Shown: positions 17,638-27,332 of the stretch, piece by piece
How the letters are laid out: every line of letters starts with the position of its first letter
Numbering within the stretch: position 1 is the stretch's first letter
From: a virus
Virus record (IMG/VR): IMGVR_UViG_3300027608_000028
Span: 6,306-70,305 of that record
Length of the DNA: 64,000 bases
Direction: 5' to 3' (one strand)
Notes under the pieces: model-generated
The model's database searches: none
What the model was told of the DNA's origin: nothing
The model's input: only the letters and a program-made list of their open reading frames with translations
Program-made: the position numbers and the translations under genes

Positions 17638-18435
17638 CTAAGTTAGGCTTCCTACCGAATGGCTAAAGCCGCCATCAACATAAGTTATCTCAGCAGTAAT
17701 ACCTGCCGCTAAATCACTCATTAAAAATGCCGCTACATTGCCCACGTCTTCAATTGTCACGTTGCGGCCAATTGGTGAGTTTTCTGCTACGACATTAAGA
17801 ATTTTACTAAAATCTTTAATTCCGCTAGCGGCCAGTGTTTTTATAGGACCAGAGCTAATACCATTGGCTCTGTACCCTTTTCCACGCGATCCCAATGATT
17901 TTGCCAGGTAACGTACTGACGACTCGAGGCTCGCTTTAGCTAATCCCATTGTATTATAATTGGGTATTGCTCGAACGGAGCCGATATAAGTCAATGTAAG
18001 AAATGAGGCATTATCGTTTAAGTATGGTAAACTAGCTTTAGCCAATGCTGGAAAGCTATATGCACTAATATCATGCGCTATACTAAATGAATCTCTAGAG
18101 AGTCCGTCTAAGAAATCTCCGGCAATTGATTCTCTTGTAGCAAATCCTATAGCATGTACTAGTCCATCAAAAGAAGTCCAGTGATGACTTAGATCTGTCA
18201 TTAACTTGGCAATTTGCTCATCACTAGACACATCACATTCAAATACTAGGTTAGATCCAAAGTCAGATGCAAATTCTGTAATGCGATCCTTAAACCTTTC
18301 GCCTACGTAACTAAATGCTAGTTCGGCGCCCTGAGCATGGCATGCCTTTGCAATGCCGTAGGCAATTGACCTAGTAGAAAGTACACCTGTAATTAGAAAT
18401 TTCTTACCGGTTAAAAATCCGGTTTGGTCAATCAC
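17638..18435 (-). CDS. fabI: Enoyl-ACP reductase FabI
   Basis: 'SIAYGIA', 'HDISAYSF', 'PNYNTMGLAKASLE', 'GPIKTLAASGI'. Confidence 0.97.
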   Translation of the reverse strand: MIDQTGFLTGKKFLITGVLSTRSIAYGIAKACHAQGAELAFSYVGERFKDRITEFASDFGSNLVFECDVSSDEQIAKLMTDLSHHWTSFDGLVHAIGFATRESIAGDFLDGLSRDSFSIAHDISAYSFPALAKASLPYLNDNASFLTLTYIGSVRAIPNYNTMGLAKASLESSVRYLAKSLGSRGKGYRANGISSGPIKTLAASGIKDFSKILNVVAENSPIGRNVTIEDVGNVAAFLMSDLAAGITAEITYVDGGFSHSVGSLT

Positions 18436-18719
18436 TGAATTTTACTCTTAGAACTTTTACGGGCATCCATAGTACTATTATCTACAATAACGGGTTCAAT
18501 TTTTTCCGAAGCCGCCAGTTTGTCTTGATATTCTTTATATTCTTCTAGAGTTACGTATCTTGGAGTTGATGCCCAACTATCTGCTGTAAATATTCTAACG
18601 GGCTTCCAGTATTTTGAAACTACGTTATTAATAGCAACAATAGTAGCCGCCACAATTATCATTCCCAAACCGGTAAGTATGCTTCCGGCTAAAAAAACTG
18701 CCGCTTGATCCATATCCAT
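18432..18719 (-). CDS. Small membrane protein
   Basis: N-terminal TM. Confidence 0.7.
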   Translation of the reverse strand: MDMDQAAVFLAGSILTGLGMIIVAATIVAINNVVSKYWKPVRIFTADSWASTPRYVTLEEYKEYQDKLAASEKIEPVIVDNSTMDARKSSKSKIQ

Positions 18720-18728
18720 AATATTTCC

Positions 18729-19751
18729 TTACTTTAAAAATACGTCATTAATTTGACGATTGACTTTGACAAATGTAGTACACTTGCTCAACTGTTTAAG
18801 CGTAGGTGCACCAATATAAGTGCAGGTGCTACGCAATCCACCTAATATTTCATTTACGGTACTGGTTACTGTACCTCGAAATGGCATTGTAATTGCGCGG
18901 CCTTCGCTTGCTCTATAATCTTTAAATCCGCCATGTATTTCTTGTGCGTCTTTGCTACTCATCCCGTAAAATGTAACGTTACCATTTTCTATTGTGCCGC
19001 CGCCTTCCATGTGTCCAGCTAACATACCGCCCAACATAACAAAGTCTGCGCCGGCGCCAACTGCTTTAGCCACATCGCCTGGACAAGTGCAACCACCATC
19101 AGCAATGATATGGGCGCCAAGACCATGTGCCGCATCAGCGCACTCAATAATCGCACTAAGTTGCGGGTAGCCAACCCCAGTTTGTATCCTAGTTGTACAT
19201 ACCGATCCCGGGCCAATTCCGACTTTGACAATGTCTGCTCCTCGTAATATTAATTCATGGGTCATATCAGCAGTAACAACATTACCTGCAATAATTGTAT
19301 GTGTGGGATACCGTGCTCTGACTTTGGCAACAAAGTCTCCAAAGTGTTCGCTGTATCCGTTAGCAATGTCAATGCAAATAAAATTCAGTTCAGGAAATGA
19401 ATTTAAAATTTGTTGTAGCTTGGACCAGTCTTTGTCACTGGTGCCCGAGCTTACTGCAACATTGTTATTGTAGTGTAGCAAGTTGCCTGATTTTTGTACA
19501 AAGTCGTCAAGGTCGTAGCTTTTTGCAAAACAAGTAAACATACCATATTCATTTAACGCTCGGGCCATACTAAATGTACCAACGCCATCCATGTTTGCGG
19601 CCATAATTGGAACGCCGGTCCATACTGTGTTACTGTGTTTGAATTTAAACGTGCGATTTAAATCTACATCTTTTCTGCTTTTTAATACGCTACGTTTAGG
19701 TACGAACAGCACGTCTTTGAAATCAAGTTTAACGTCGTCGATTATTCTCAT
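18729..19751 (-). CDS. guaC: GMP reductase
   Basis: 'KLDFKDVL', '[10 protein letters not shown]', '[13 protein letters not shown]', 'YRASEG'. Confidence 0.97.
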   Translation of the reverse strand: MRIIDDVKLDFKDVLFVPKRSVLKSRKDVDLNRTFKFKHSNTVWTGVPIMAANMDGVGTFSMARALNEYGMFTCFAKSYDLDDFVQKSGNLLHYNNNVAVSSGTSDKDWSKLQQILNSFPELNFICIDIANGYSEHFGDFVAKVRARYPTHTIIAGNVVTADMTHELILRGADIVKVGIGPGSVCTTRIQTGVGYPQLSAIIECADAAHGLGAHIIADGGCTCPGDVAKAVGAGADFVMLGGMLAGHMEGGGTIENGNVTFYGMSSKDAQEIHGGFKDYRASEGRAITMPFRGTVTSTVNEILGGLRSTCTYIGAPTLKQLSKCTTFVKVNRQINDVFLK

Positions 19752-19781
19752 TTTGTGTCTCTCTAATAGTTAATTATACTA

Positions 19782-20639
19782 TCAAGTATTAACTTTTGCA
19801 AGTCCTACTTTTGCCAACCAATTTATAATAGAAGCATTGTGTTCTATTTTTCCTTGCTGGCTATCTGGATGAAAATTCCAACGTTGCGGAAAGCAATGAT
19901 GTGTTCCATGATACTGTTCGCCGCGGCCAAACCACCAACCAGGCAAATCTACCGCTTTATGATTCTGTAGTCCTTGACTAGGATGTATATACTTCCAAAA
20001 ATATAGTTTACTATTGGCAGGGTTATGGCCAAATGTATTAAGTACAGCGGCCGCAAAGATAGCCAACTGTGTTCCCATAACCCATATTAGGATTAACTTA
20101 TAATCAATTAGTGCAAGAACAAATGTAATTCCTAATACAAATTTCCAGTAATGTTGTGTTAACGTTTTCTGGCCGGGTCGTTTCATATGATTTATAATTA
20201 GTTTCCACTGTGGCCATTCTAGTGGACCTGACTGATGCATGAAAGGAAACAACAATGCAGTAAGTCTATTTCGTCCATGTGTATCTTCGGGAGGATGCGG
20301 ATCACCTTCTCGGTCACTGTATTTGTGATGGGTGATGTGTATCAATACGTAACCAGTGTGATATCCTTGTAAAAATAAAGGACACAATGCAACAATAGTT
20401 AGCTCTAACCAACGTGGCACACTAAAGTAACTGTGTGCATAAAATCTATGATTAACTAGTGTACCATATTGTCCTGCTATGCGTTGTATGACAAATACCA
20501 TTAACAGGAACCACCAGCTATAACCCAACCATTCCCTGAATGGTTCAACGAGTATAGCAGTCAATAACAAACCGATACCTAATAGGTAAAGAGTCTGAAG
20601 TCTAACTGCATCTACGTGATGTTCTTTTAGTTGATCCAT
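19782..20639 (-). CDS. Membrane fatty-acid desaturase family protein (paralog 3)
   Basis: His boxes HRFYAH, HITHH, HGTHH; 'GDPHPP'. Confidence 0.9.
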   Translation of the reverse strand: MDQLKEHHVDAVRLQTLYLLGIGLLLTAILVEPFREWLGYSWWFLLMVFVIQRIAGQYGTLVNHRFYAHSYFSVPRWLELTIVALCPLFLQGYHTGYVLIHITHHKYSDREGDPHPPEDTHGRNRLTALLFPFMHQSGPLEWPQWKLIINHMKRPGQKTLTQHYWKFVLGITFVLALIDYKLILIWVMGTQLAIFAAAVLNTFGHNPANSKLYFWKYIHPSQGLQNHKAVDLPGWWFGRGEQYHGTHHCFPQRWNFHPDSQQGKIEHNASIINWLAKVGLAKVNT

Positions 20640-20640
20640 G

Positions 20641-21513
20641 TTACGCTGGCGTTTTAACTTCTGCTATACCAAGTTTTACTAACTTGTCTATTATCCATGC
20701 ATTTTGATCTAGCTTGCCTTGCTCTGCTTGGGGATGAAAATTCCAACGATTAGGATATGTATGATGCACATAGTGCCAATTTTCGCCGCGGCCTGGTAAA
20801 CTCCAGCCTGGTAAATTAACTGCTTTATGTGTGCTATCAATATCACCACGATAATGTTTCCAGAAATATAATTTACTATCGGGCGGATTATGTCCGTAGG
20901 TGTTTAGCATATAACCCATAAAGATACCAAGTTGTGTACCAGCTAACCAAATAAACAATAGTTTATAATTTACAATACAGAATAACACAGTAATAAGTGC
21001 AACCATATGCCAGTAATACTTGGTAATAAATTTCTGCGCTGGCCTTCTCATGAATTTGATAATCAGTTTGAGTTCTAATTCTTTACTGTCGTGTAAAAAA
21101 GGAAACACTAGGTTAACCCAACGCTTACGGGTAGCACTAACTGGGGGATGCGGATCTCCTTCTTGGTCAGCATACTTGTGATGCATTAAGTGTACAACAA
21201 CATAACCTGCAGGATATCCTTGCAGGGCAAACGGACTCATTAATACAACTAATCGTTCAAACCAAGGTACAACTGTAAAGTGATTGTGTGCCAACATTCT
21301 GTGATAAAATAATGTAGAGTATTGGCCGCATACACGTTGTACAATGAATACTAATAATAAGAACCACCACCCAAATCCCAACCACTCTCTGAATGGTTCA
21401 ATAAAAATACTACTCAATAAAATCAGCATACCGATGTGGTAAATGACTTGCAAACGGAATCCGGCCACATGTTGATTATTGTAGATTTTTTTATAGTAGT
21501 CCAAGAATATCAT
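20641..21513 (-). CDS. Membrane fatty-acid desaturase family protein (paralog 2)
   Basis: His boxes HRMLAH, HLMHH, HYVHH. Confidence 0.9.
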   Translation of the reverse strand: MIFLDYYKKIYNNQHVAGFRLQVIYHIGMLILLSSIFIEPFREWLGFGWWFLLLVFIVQRVCGQYSTLFYHRMLAHNHFTVVPWFERLVVLMSPFALQGYPAGYVVVHLMHHKYADQEGDPHPPVSATRKRWVNLVFPFLHDSKELELKLIIKFMRRPAQKFITKYYWHMVALITVLFCIVNYKLLFIWLAGTQLGIFMGYMLNTYGHNPPDSKLYFWKHYRGDIDSTHKAVNLPGWSLPGRGENWHYVHHTYPNRWNFHPQAEQGKLDQNAWIIDKLVKLGIAEVKTPA

Positions 21514-22385
21514 ATTGGTGTTTTTACTTCTGCAATGCCAATTCTTACTAGCTTGTCAATTATCCATGCGTTCTGGTCTAGTTTGCCTTGATCAGATTCA
21601 GGATGTAAATTCCAACGTCGAGGATATGTGTGATGCATGTAATGATATTTTTCACCACTACCACCTAATAAAACTGTCCATGAGTTCTTAAGATTAACTG
21701 CTGAATGAACTTGTGGATTTTTAATATGCATATCATCCATGGCCATTTTATCATTTTGATGTGCATAAGTGTTGAACCTTGCGCCACCAAACGTAGCTAA
21801 CTGTGTACCCATTAGCCATATAAACAAAAACTTGTAACTGATTAATCCTATTAGGACAATATACAATATAGTAACAGGCCAATAGTATTTCATAATCCAT
21901 GTCTGTAATGGTCGTTTCATTAAAGGTAATACTAACTTGTATTCTACTGGGCCTGGTTCAGTTAAAAACGGAAACAGTAAATTATTCCAACGACGTCTAT
22001 TTTTACTAACGGGAGGATGCGGGTCGCCTTCTTGGTCAGCGTACTTGTGATGACGTAAATGAAGCCATGAATAACCTGCAGGATAGCTTTGTAATAGCAA
22101 GGGACTTATCAATACTAGTACACGTTCAAACCAAGGCTTGACAGTATATAAATTATGTGCAAATAATCTATGATAAACTACGGTGTCAAATTTAATTGCA
22201 AAGTATTGTATTACATAAATCCACATCAGGAACCACCAACCAAATCCCAACCATTCCCTGAATGGTGCATATAAGATTGTAAATGGAATTAATCCCAGAC
22301 CTATTAGGTATATAAATTGTAGTCTTTTTGAATCTGGATGGGCATGAGCCCATAAAGACTTTAAGTGAGAAACTGCTCTGTTCAT
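21510..22385 (-). CDS. Membrane fatty-acid desaturase family protein (paralog 1)
   Basis: His boxes HRLFAH, HLRHH, HYMHH. Confidence 0.9.
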   Translation of the reverse strand: MNRAVSHLKSLWAHAHPDSKRLQFIYLIGLGLIPFTILYAPFREWLGFGWWFLMWIYVIQYFAIKFDTVVYHRLFAHNLYTVKPWFERVLVLISPLLLQSYPAGYSWLHLRHHKYADQEGDPHPPVSKNRRRWNNLLFPFLTEPGPVEYKLVLPLMKRPLQTWIMKYYWPVTILYIVLIGLISYKFLFIWLMGTQLATFGGARFNTYAHQNDKMAMDDMHIKNPQVHSAVNLKNSWTVLLGGSGEKYHYMHHTYPRRWNLHPESDQGKLDQNAWIIDKLVRIGIAEVKTPI

Positions 22386-22687
22386 TCTGCTTCGACGGTT
22401 ACTGCCAACGGAAATCCATTCATTCTAGCAGACGTTACAGTTTCTCCTGCTTTTTGTTCTGCTATTTCATATGTATATAATCCAGCAACACCTTTGCCTT
22501 TTTCATGAATCTCTGTCATGATATGCGTTGCACTAGCCTGGTCGTGGTGATAAATTTTCATCAATACTTCCACAACAAACTCCATGGGAGTAGCATTGTC
22601 ATTCTCAAAAATAACCTTAAACATACTAGGTTTTTTAATAATAACTTTAGTTTCTTTTTTAGCTATGGTGGCGGTTTCAGTTGTCAT
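22382..22687 (-). CDS. clpS: Clp protease adaptor ClpS
   Basis: 'FKVIFENDNATPMEFVVEVL', 'IHEKGKGVAGLYTYEIAEQK', 'GFPL'. Confidence 0.95.
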   Translation of the reverse strand: MTTETATIAKKETKVIIKKPSMFKVIFENDNATPMEFVVEVLMKIYHHDQASATHIMTEIHEKGKGVAGLYTYEIAEQKAGETVTSARMNGFPLAVTVEAE

Positions 22688-22708
22688 ATATGATATTTAT
22701 AATTAAAG

Positions 22709-22732
22709 AAACACAGGGTTGCCCCTGTGTTA
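22709..22732 (-). terminator. Terminator after hsp20
   Basis: AACACAGGG-loop-CCCTGTGTT hairpin. Confidence 0.7.
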
Positions 22733-22735
22733 TTA

Positions 22736-23176
22736 TCAAATTGCCGAAATAGCAATTTTACGTGGTTTAAGTGCTTCAGGTAAAATACGTTGTAAGTTTA
22801 CAAGTAAAATACCGTCTTTGATTTGAGCATTAGTAACTTCAACGTGATCAGCTAAAGTAAATTGACGAACAAAGTCCCTAAATGCTAGGCCACGATGTAA
22901 GTATTCAACTCCCTCTTGCTCTCCACGATTATGTTTACCAGTGATAGTTAATTGGTTATTATTCAACTCAATGTCAATTTCTTCCATACTGAACCCGGCA
23001 ACGGCTACTTCGATTGCGTAGTCATCTTCTCCAGTTTTAATTACATTGTATGGGGGATAATTTCCAGGGGTTGCGCCAGCGATGCGTTCGAAGTCTGTAA
23101 ACATTCTGTCGAAGCCCACTAAAGCTCTATTCAACTGGCTAATTGCTGTTGTGTCAAAACGTGTTAATGCGTTCAT
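22736..23176 (-). CDS. ibpA: Small heat-shock protein (IbpA/Hsp20)
   Basis: 'NYPPYNVIK', 'IEVAVAGF', 'YLHRGLAFRDFVRQF', 'KPRKIAI'. Confidence 0.95.
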   Translation of the reverse strand: MNALTRFDTTAISQLNRALVGFDRMFTDFERIAGATPGNYPPYNVIKTGEDDYAIEVAVAGFSMEEIDIELNNNQLTITGKHNRGEQEGVEYLHRGLAFRDFVRQFTLADHVEVTNAQIKDGILLVNLQRILPEALKPRKIAISAI

Positions 23177-23230
23177 AGTTTTTCTCCTTATTAAGCGAGG
23201 TTAAATGTAAAACCCTAATGGCGTTTTACA
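23177..23230 (-). promoter_or_regulatory. ROSE-like RNA thermometer in the hsp20 5' UTR
   Basis: 5' hairpin TGTAAAAC...GTTTTACA, then CTCGCT-TAATA-AGGAG: the U(U/C)GCU anti-SD motif pairs with the SD. Confidence 0.8.
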
Positions 23231-23261
23231 TTTATATTTATACATGGTTCTGTTGGTAAAG

Positions 23262-23843
23262 TCAAGGCCGTTTGCTCTTAATAATAGTAGCAATCATCCT
23301 ATTTCCATTCATATCTGGGCGGCCTTCAACTTGGGCAATATCTATTAGTTCGATAATTTTATTAATAATATCGTAGCCCTTACTAGTATCGCTCATTTCT
23401 CTTCCTCTGAATCGAATAACAATTTTGCACTTATCTCCATCTTCTAAGAACTCTTTTATTTTCTTTATTTTAGTTTCAAAATCGTGTTCGTCAATGCTGG
23501 GTCTAAATTGAATTTCCTTAACATCTACTCTGCTTTCGCGTTGTTTCTTTTCTACTTCTTGTTGACGTTTTTGTTCATTATAAATGAACTTACCAAAGTC
23601 AACAATCTTGCAAACAGGGGGTACGGCATTAGGCACCGTGCATACCAAATCTAATCCTTCGTCAGAGGCCATGTCTAATGCTTGATTAACATTTACTACT
23701 CCAACAAGAGTACCATCGGAGTTATGTAATCGTACTTGGCTGTGTTTGTATTTTATCTGATCATTTGTTAAAAATGATTGTCTTAGTTCTGCTGTTGCGC
23801 TTAATCTTACAGGACGTGGTGGTCGTGATCTTTGGTTATACAT
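23262..23843 (-). CDS. infC: Translation initiation factor IF-3
   Basis: 'GLDLV...PPVCKIVDFGKF', 'KEIQFRPSIDEHDFETK', 'RFRGRE'. Confidence 0.95.
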   Translation of the reverse strand: MYNQRSRPPRPVRLSATAELRQSFLTNDQIKYKHSQVRLHNSDGTLVGVVNVNQALDMASDEGLDLVCTVPNAVPPVCKIVDFGKFIYNEQKRQQEVEKKQRESRVDVKEIQFRPSIDEHDFETKIKKIKEFLEDGDKCKIVIRFRGREMSDTSKGYDIINKIIELIDIAQVEGRPDMNGNRMIATIIKSKRP

Positions 23844-25074
23844 GGTTGGTTTGCTCGTCTCCTTTGTAGACGTATATTGGTTGGCTGTGGTTAGCTATAG
23901 TATCGTCTGTCAATACTATTTTTATAACTCCCTGCTCTCGCAAAGAAGGTAATTCAAATTGTGTTAGTAACAAGGTCCGTTCCATTATATTACGTAGCCC
24001 ACGTGCCCCTAACTTTTTATCTATGCACTCTTTAGCAATAGCACGTTTGGCACTGTCTGTGATTTCTAATTCAACTTTATCTAATAAAAATAGTTCCTGA
24101 AATTGTCGCTCTATGCTATTTTTAGGTTCAGTGATTGTTCTAATTAATTCATCTTCTGTTAATTCATCTAACGTTGCGTACACTGGTACTCTTCCGATAA
24201 ACTCTGGTATAATGCCAAATTTAATAATGTCGTCGGGTTCTACTTTATTAAGTGGTACTGTGCTGTTATTATCTATTTTAGCATTAAACCCAATGGTGTT
24301 ACCTATGTTTAATCTTTTAGCAATAATTTTATCTAAGCCAACAAATGCTCCGCCTAAGATAAACAAAATGTCTTTGGTGTTAATCATCTCAGCAGGTGCG
24401 CCCGGGTGCTTCCTGTTGCCAGTAGTGGGCACTTTACATTCCGTACCTTCTATTAATTTTAATAATGCTTGTTGCACACCTTCACCGCTAACGTCTCTAG
24501 TTATACTGCTACTTTCACTTTTACGACTCTTTTTATCTATTTCATCAATAAAGATTATGCCTTGTTCTGCTTTCTTAACATCATTACCTGCCGCGGTTAA
24601 TAATCTAAAAATAACGTGTTCTACGTCATCGCCTACATAACCGCTTTCAGTCAGACTAGTTGCATCTGCAATAGCAAACGGAACATCCAGCATACGGGCA
24701 ATAGTTTTAGCTAATAATGTTTTACCGGATCCAGTTGGTCCAATTAACAAAACATTGCTTTTGTCTATTTCACATTTGATAGTTTCTTGACTGTATATTC
24801 TTTTATAATGATTATACACTGCCACGCTTAATGTTAGTTTGGCCTGTTCTTGCCCTATTACATATTGGTCTAAAAATGCAAACATTTCTTTTGGGGTTTT
24901 AAGCCTAGTGTCGGCCATTGCATCAGTTAATGCGTGTTCGTGTACTAAGTCATGACATAGATTTATACATTCATCACATATATAAACATTGTCTCCGGCT
25001 ATTAGCTTTTTTACTTCTTCTCTGCCTTTGGTGCAAAAACTGCATTGCAAATTATCATCTTTGTCTTTGACCAT
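23836..25074 (-). CDS. clpX: ATP-dependent Clp protease ATP-binding subunit ClpX
   Basis: C4 zinc finger, 'GPTGSGKT', 'GYVG', 'RDVSGEGVQQALL', RKH loop, IGF loop. Confidence 0.97.
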   Translation of the reverse strand: MVKDKDDNLQCSFCTKGREEVKKLIAGDNVYICDECINLCHDLVHEHALTDAMADTRLKTPKEMFAFLDQYVIGQEQAKLTLSVAVYNHYKRIYSQETIKCEIDKSNVLLIGPTGSGKTLLAKTIARMLDVPFAIADATSLTESGYVGDDVEHVIFRLLTAAGNDVKKAEQGIIFIDEIDKKSRKSESSSITRDVSGEGVQQALLKLIEGTECKVPTTGNRKHPGAPAEMINTKDILFILGGAFVGLDKIIAKRLNIGNTIGFNAKIDNNSTVPLNKVEPDDIIKFGIIPEFIGRVPVYATLDELTEDELIRTITEPKNSIERQFQELFLLDKVELEITDSAKRAIAKECIDKKLGARGLRNIMERTLLLTQFELPSLREQGVIKIVLTDDTIANHSQPIYVYKGDEQTNHV

Positions 25075-25490
25075 TACATTCCTGCTCTAATTAAACCTAA
25101 GAATTCTTCGATGTCTTCTGCGGTGCTTGCACTATGTAAATTTAACATAGATAAGAGTTTGACATCGGTGTCATCATAAGTAATCCAAAATATCTTTCGT
25201 TCCCTTACCAATGGTAAAAATATTTTAATATCAAATTCGGATGCCGAATCTAAGTCAACTATAACAAAGTCGCTGATCATTCCTTGTTGATATAGCCAAC
25301 CCCAGTTGGCATCATCTGTAGATTCATACGCACTATAGAATACAACTGTTGTGCCTTTGAAATCTTCTTCAATTTGTTCTTGTGCATCCTCAAGCCAGGC
25401 TGGGTCTCGTGTTACTAGTGTGAATGAAAGGCCCGCAGGGGCAATGAATATATTTGGCGGAGTTACCAAATATGTTGAGTTATTGATCAT
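25074..25490 (-). CDS. Hypothetical protein
   Basis: 138 aa, coupled to clpX. Confidence 0.75.
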   Translation of the reverse strand: MINNSTYLVTPPNIFIAPAGLSFTLVTRDPAWLEDAQEQIEEDFKGTTVVFYSAYESTDDANWGWLYQQGMISDFVIVDLDSASEFDIKIFLPLVRERKIFWITYDDTDVKLLSMLNLHSASTAEDIEEFLGLIRAGM

Positions 25491-26971
25491 GTATTTGAGT
25501 CTGTGTTTCTTTTAACATCAGGAAAGAATCCTGGCTTACGTCTGTATTTACTTTTTTTTTCAGTTTGTAGATCTTCCACAATCTCTTGGTATTTGTTAGC
25601 GAGATCTGACTGACTGCCTTCACGTGTAACTATGCTACTAGTATCACCTGTCTTTTTAGGGGCAGGTGTACTAGTTTCAATAAACTGTGTTAATAATTCG
25701 CTTTGTTCCTGTTCACGTTGTTTATTACGTTTAGGATTAACGATTATTTTTTCTTCGGAGTTTTCTTCGGAGCCTTCTTGGGTGCTGGCTTTGACGGGCT
25801 CTTCTTTGGAGCTGGGTTCTTGTGTACTTGATTCATTTTGTACTTTCTCTTTCTTTTTACGTACTTTGCGTACAGGTTCTGTGACTGCTGGTTCAGCCAC
25901 TGGTTCTACATTATGTTCGGGATATGTAAACACAATGGGTTCTTCACCGTTTGTGTTATCCATAACATCACATTGTTTATTTGGACAGAAAAATCCAATG
26001 CCCGGAGCATCAACTAATTCAGTCCCGCACTTGTAACAGAAAAGAGGTTCTTGCCCGCCCGGCCATTTAACATATTCTTCGTCGGTGATTACTGCTTCCG
26101 GAATTACTTTAGCTACTTCTTGAGCTATGAATCCAGTCTGTTTAGTTTCTTCTTCAGGGATATATTCTTGCGGTTGAGGAACAAAATCGTTAATACTCGC
26201 CGGCGCCGGCTCTTCGCGTTTCCAACCAAATGTCATTTGTGCGGCCAGCAACATGATAACTGCCAATGGATCAAACACAATAACAATGAGTACAATGATC
26301 CATGTTACTGCTTTTTCCAACATGTTTTCATCTGCACCTTTTTCACCGTAGATGAATTTGGCAATGTATTTGATTGGTCCTACTTCGGCTTCTACTTTAC
26401 GTACTTCTGCTCGAATAGGTGCGGCCTGGTCATTAAGAGTAGCAATAAGCTTCTGGTTGGCTTCAATGTCTTTGGCCAACGCACTGCGATCACGAGACTG
26501 AGCTTTGCGTATTGAAACCGCTTTGTCGGCACCTTTTTCATCTTGACTGCGGCCCATGACTTGGTCAACCGCCTCATCCATTTGTTTAAGTTGCTTGCGG
26601 TTGGCTTCAATATTTTCTTTGGCTGTTTTAATTTTTTCATCATAGATTGCTATCTTACTTTGAACATCACCACTTACTAAATTTTGATCATTGTGTGCTT
26701 TACTTAAGAATCCGAAGATGCCCATTGAAGTAATAATCATTAATACTGTTACTGCGGTAATCATGTAATACTTCATGTACCTAGGAGCACGTTCCCAATT
26801 GGCTTTGAGCCAACTAGCACAGACTAATTTTGCAACTTCTAAACTAGTACCCATTAATATAATAGGAATAACGGCCGCACTAAAAATTGCAGTTAGGCCA
26901 ACTACTGAATAGTAAATTGCAACTGCTGATAGTATCAGACCAGTTAATAAAAGTAACCAAGCTAGGATCAT
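25487..26971 (-). CDS. Multi-TM coiled-coil membrane protein with a mosaic C-terminal tail
   Basis: 3 TMs, coiled coil, 'EVGPIKYIA', TM 'IVFDPLAV', acidic tail with a CxxC...CxxxxC ribbon. Confidence 0.8.
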   Translation of the reverse strand: MILAWLLLLTGLILSAVAIYYSVVGLTAIFSAAVIPIILMGTSLEVAKLVCASWLKANWERAPRYMKYYMITAVTVLMIITSMGIFGFLSKAHNDQNLVSGDVQSKIAIYDEKIKTAKENIEANRKQLKQMDEAVDQVMGRSQDEKGADKAVSIRKAQSRDRSALAKDIEANQKLIATLNDQAAPIRAEVRKVEAEVGPIKYIAKFIYGEKGADENMLEKAVTWIIVLIVIVFDPLAVIMLLAAQMTFGWKREEPAPASINDFVPQPQEYIPEEETKQTGFIAQEVAKVIPEAVITDEEYVKWPGGQEPLFCYKCGTELVDAPGIGFFCPNKQCDVMDNTNGEEPIVFTYPEHNVEPVAEPAVTEPVRKVRKKKEKVQNESSTQEPSSKEEPVKASTQEGSEENSEEKIIVNPKRNKQREQEQSELLTQFIETSTPAPKKTGDTSSIVTREGSQSDLANKYQEIVEDLQTEKKSKYRRKPGFFPDVKRNTDSNT

Positions 26972-27001
26972 ATAATATTTATTATAACTTAAAGAGATAT
27001 A

Positions 27002-27331
27002 TTAGTCAAGCTCATTGAACAATTTAACATAATTTTTTTCCAATAGTAAATCGTTGATATTGATGTCTTGTCTTCCGGACGAATTAATTGTCCATAATGT
27101 TCCTAAGATGCGTCCGATCTTTCCTCGTTTGGTAAATTTGGTTTGAACGATAACGCCATCTTGGACCATTTCTGTTAACATTGTTTTGGCTGTATAAGCA
27201 GAGGTATTAATTGGCATGACTCCCCACAATCTCACACGTTGTTTAGTGTAAAATTTGAACCCAAGGTCTATCTCAAGTTCAAATGTACTTGCGTCAATTA
27301 TTTCTAATACCTTTGCTTTATACAAAAACAT
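27002..27331 (-). CDS. Degenerate thermonuclease (SNase)-like protein
   Basis: 'YKAKVLEIIDAST...IDLGF...RVRLWGV...GRILG...INDLLLE'. Confidence 0.7.
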   Translation of the reverse strand: MFLYKAKVLEIIDASTFELEIDLGFKFYTKQRVRLWGVMPINTSAYTAKTMLTEMVQDGVIVQTKFTKRGKIGRILGTLWTINSSGRQDININDLLLEKNYVKLFNELD

Positions 27332-27332
27332 G

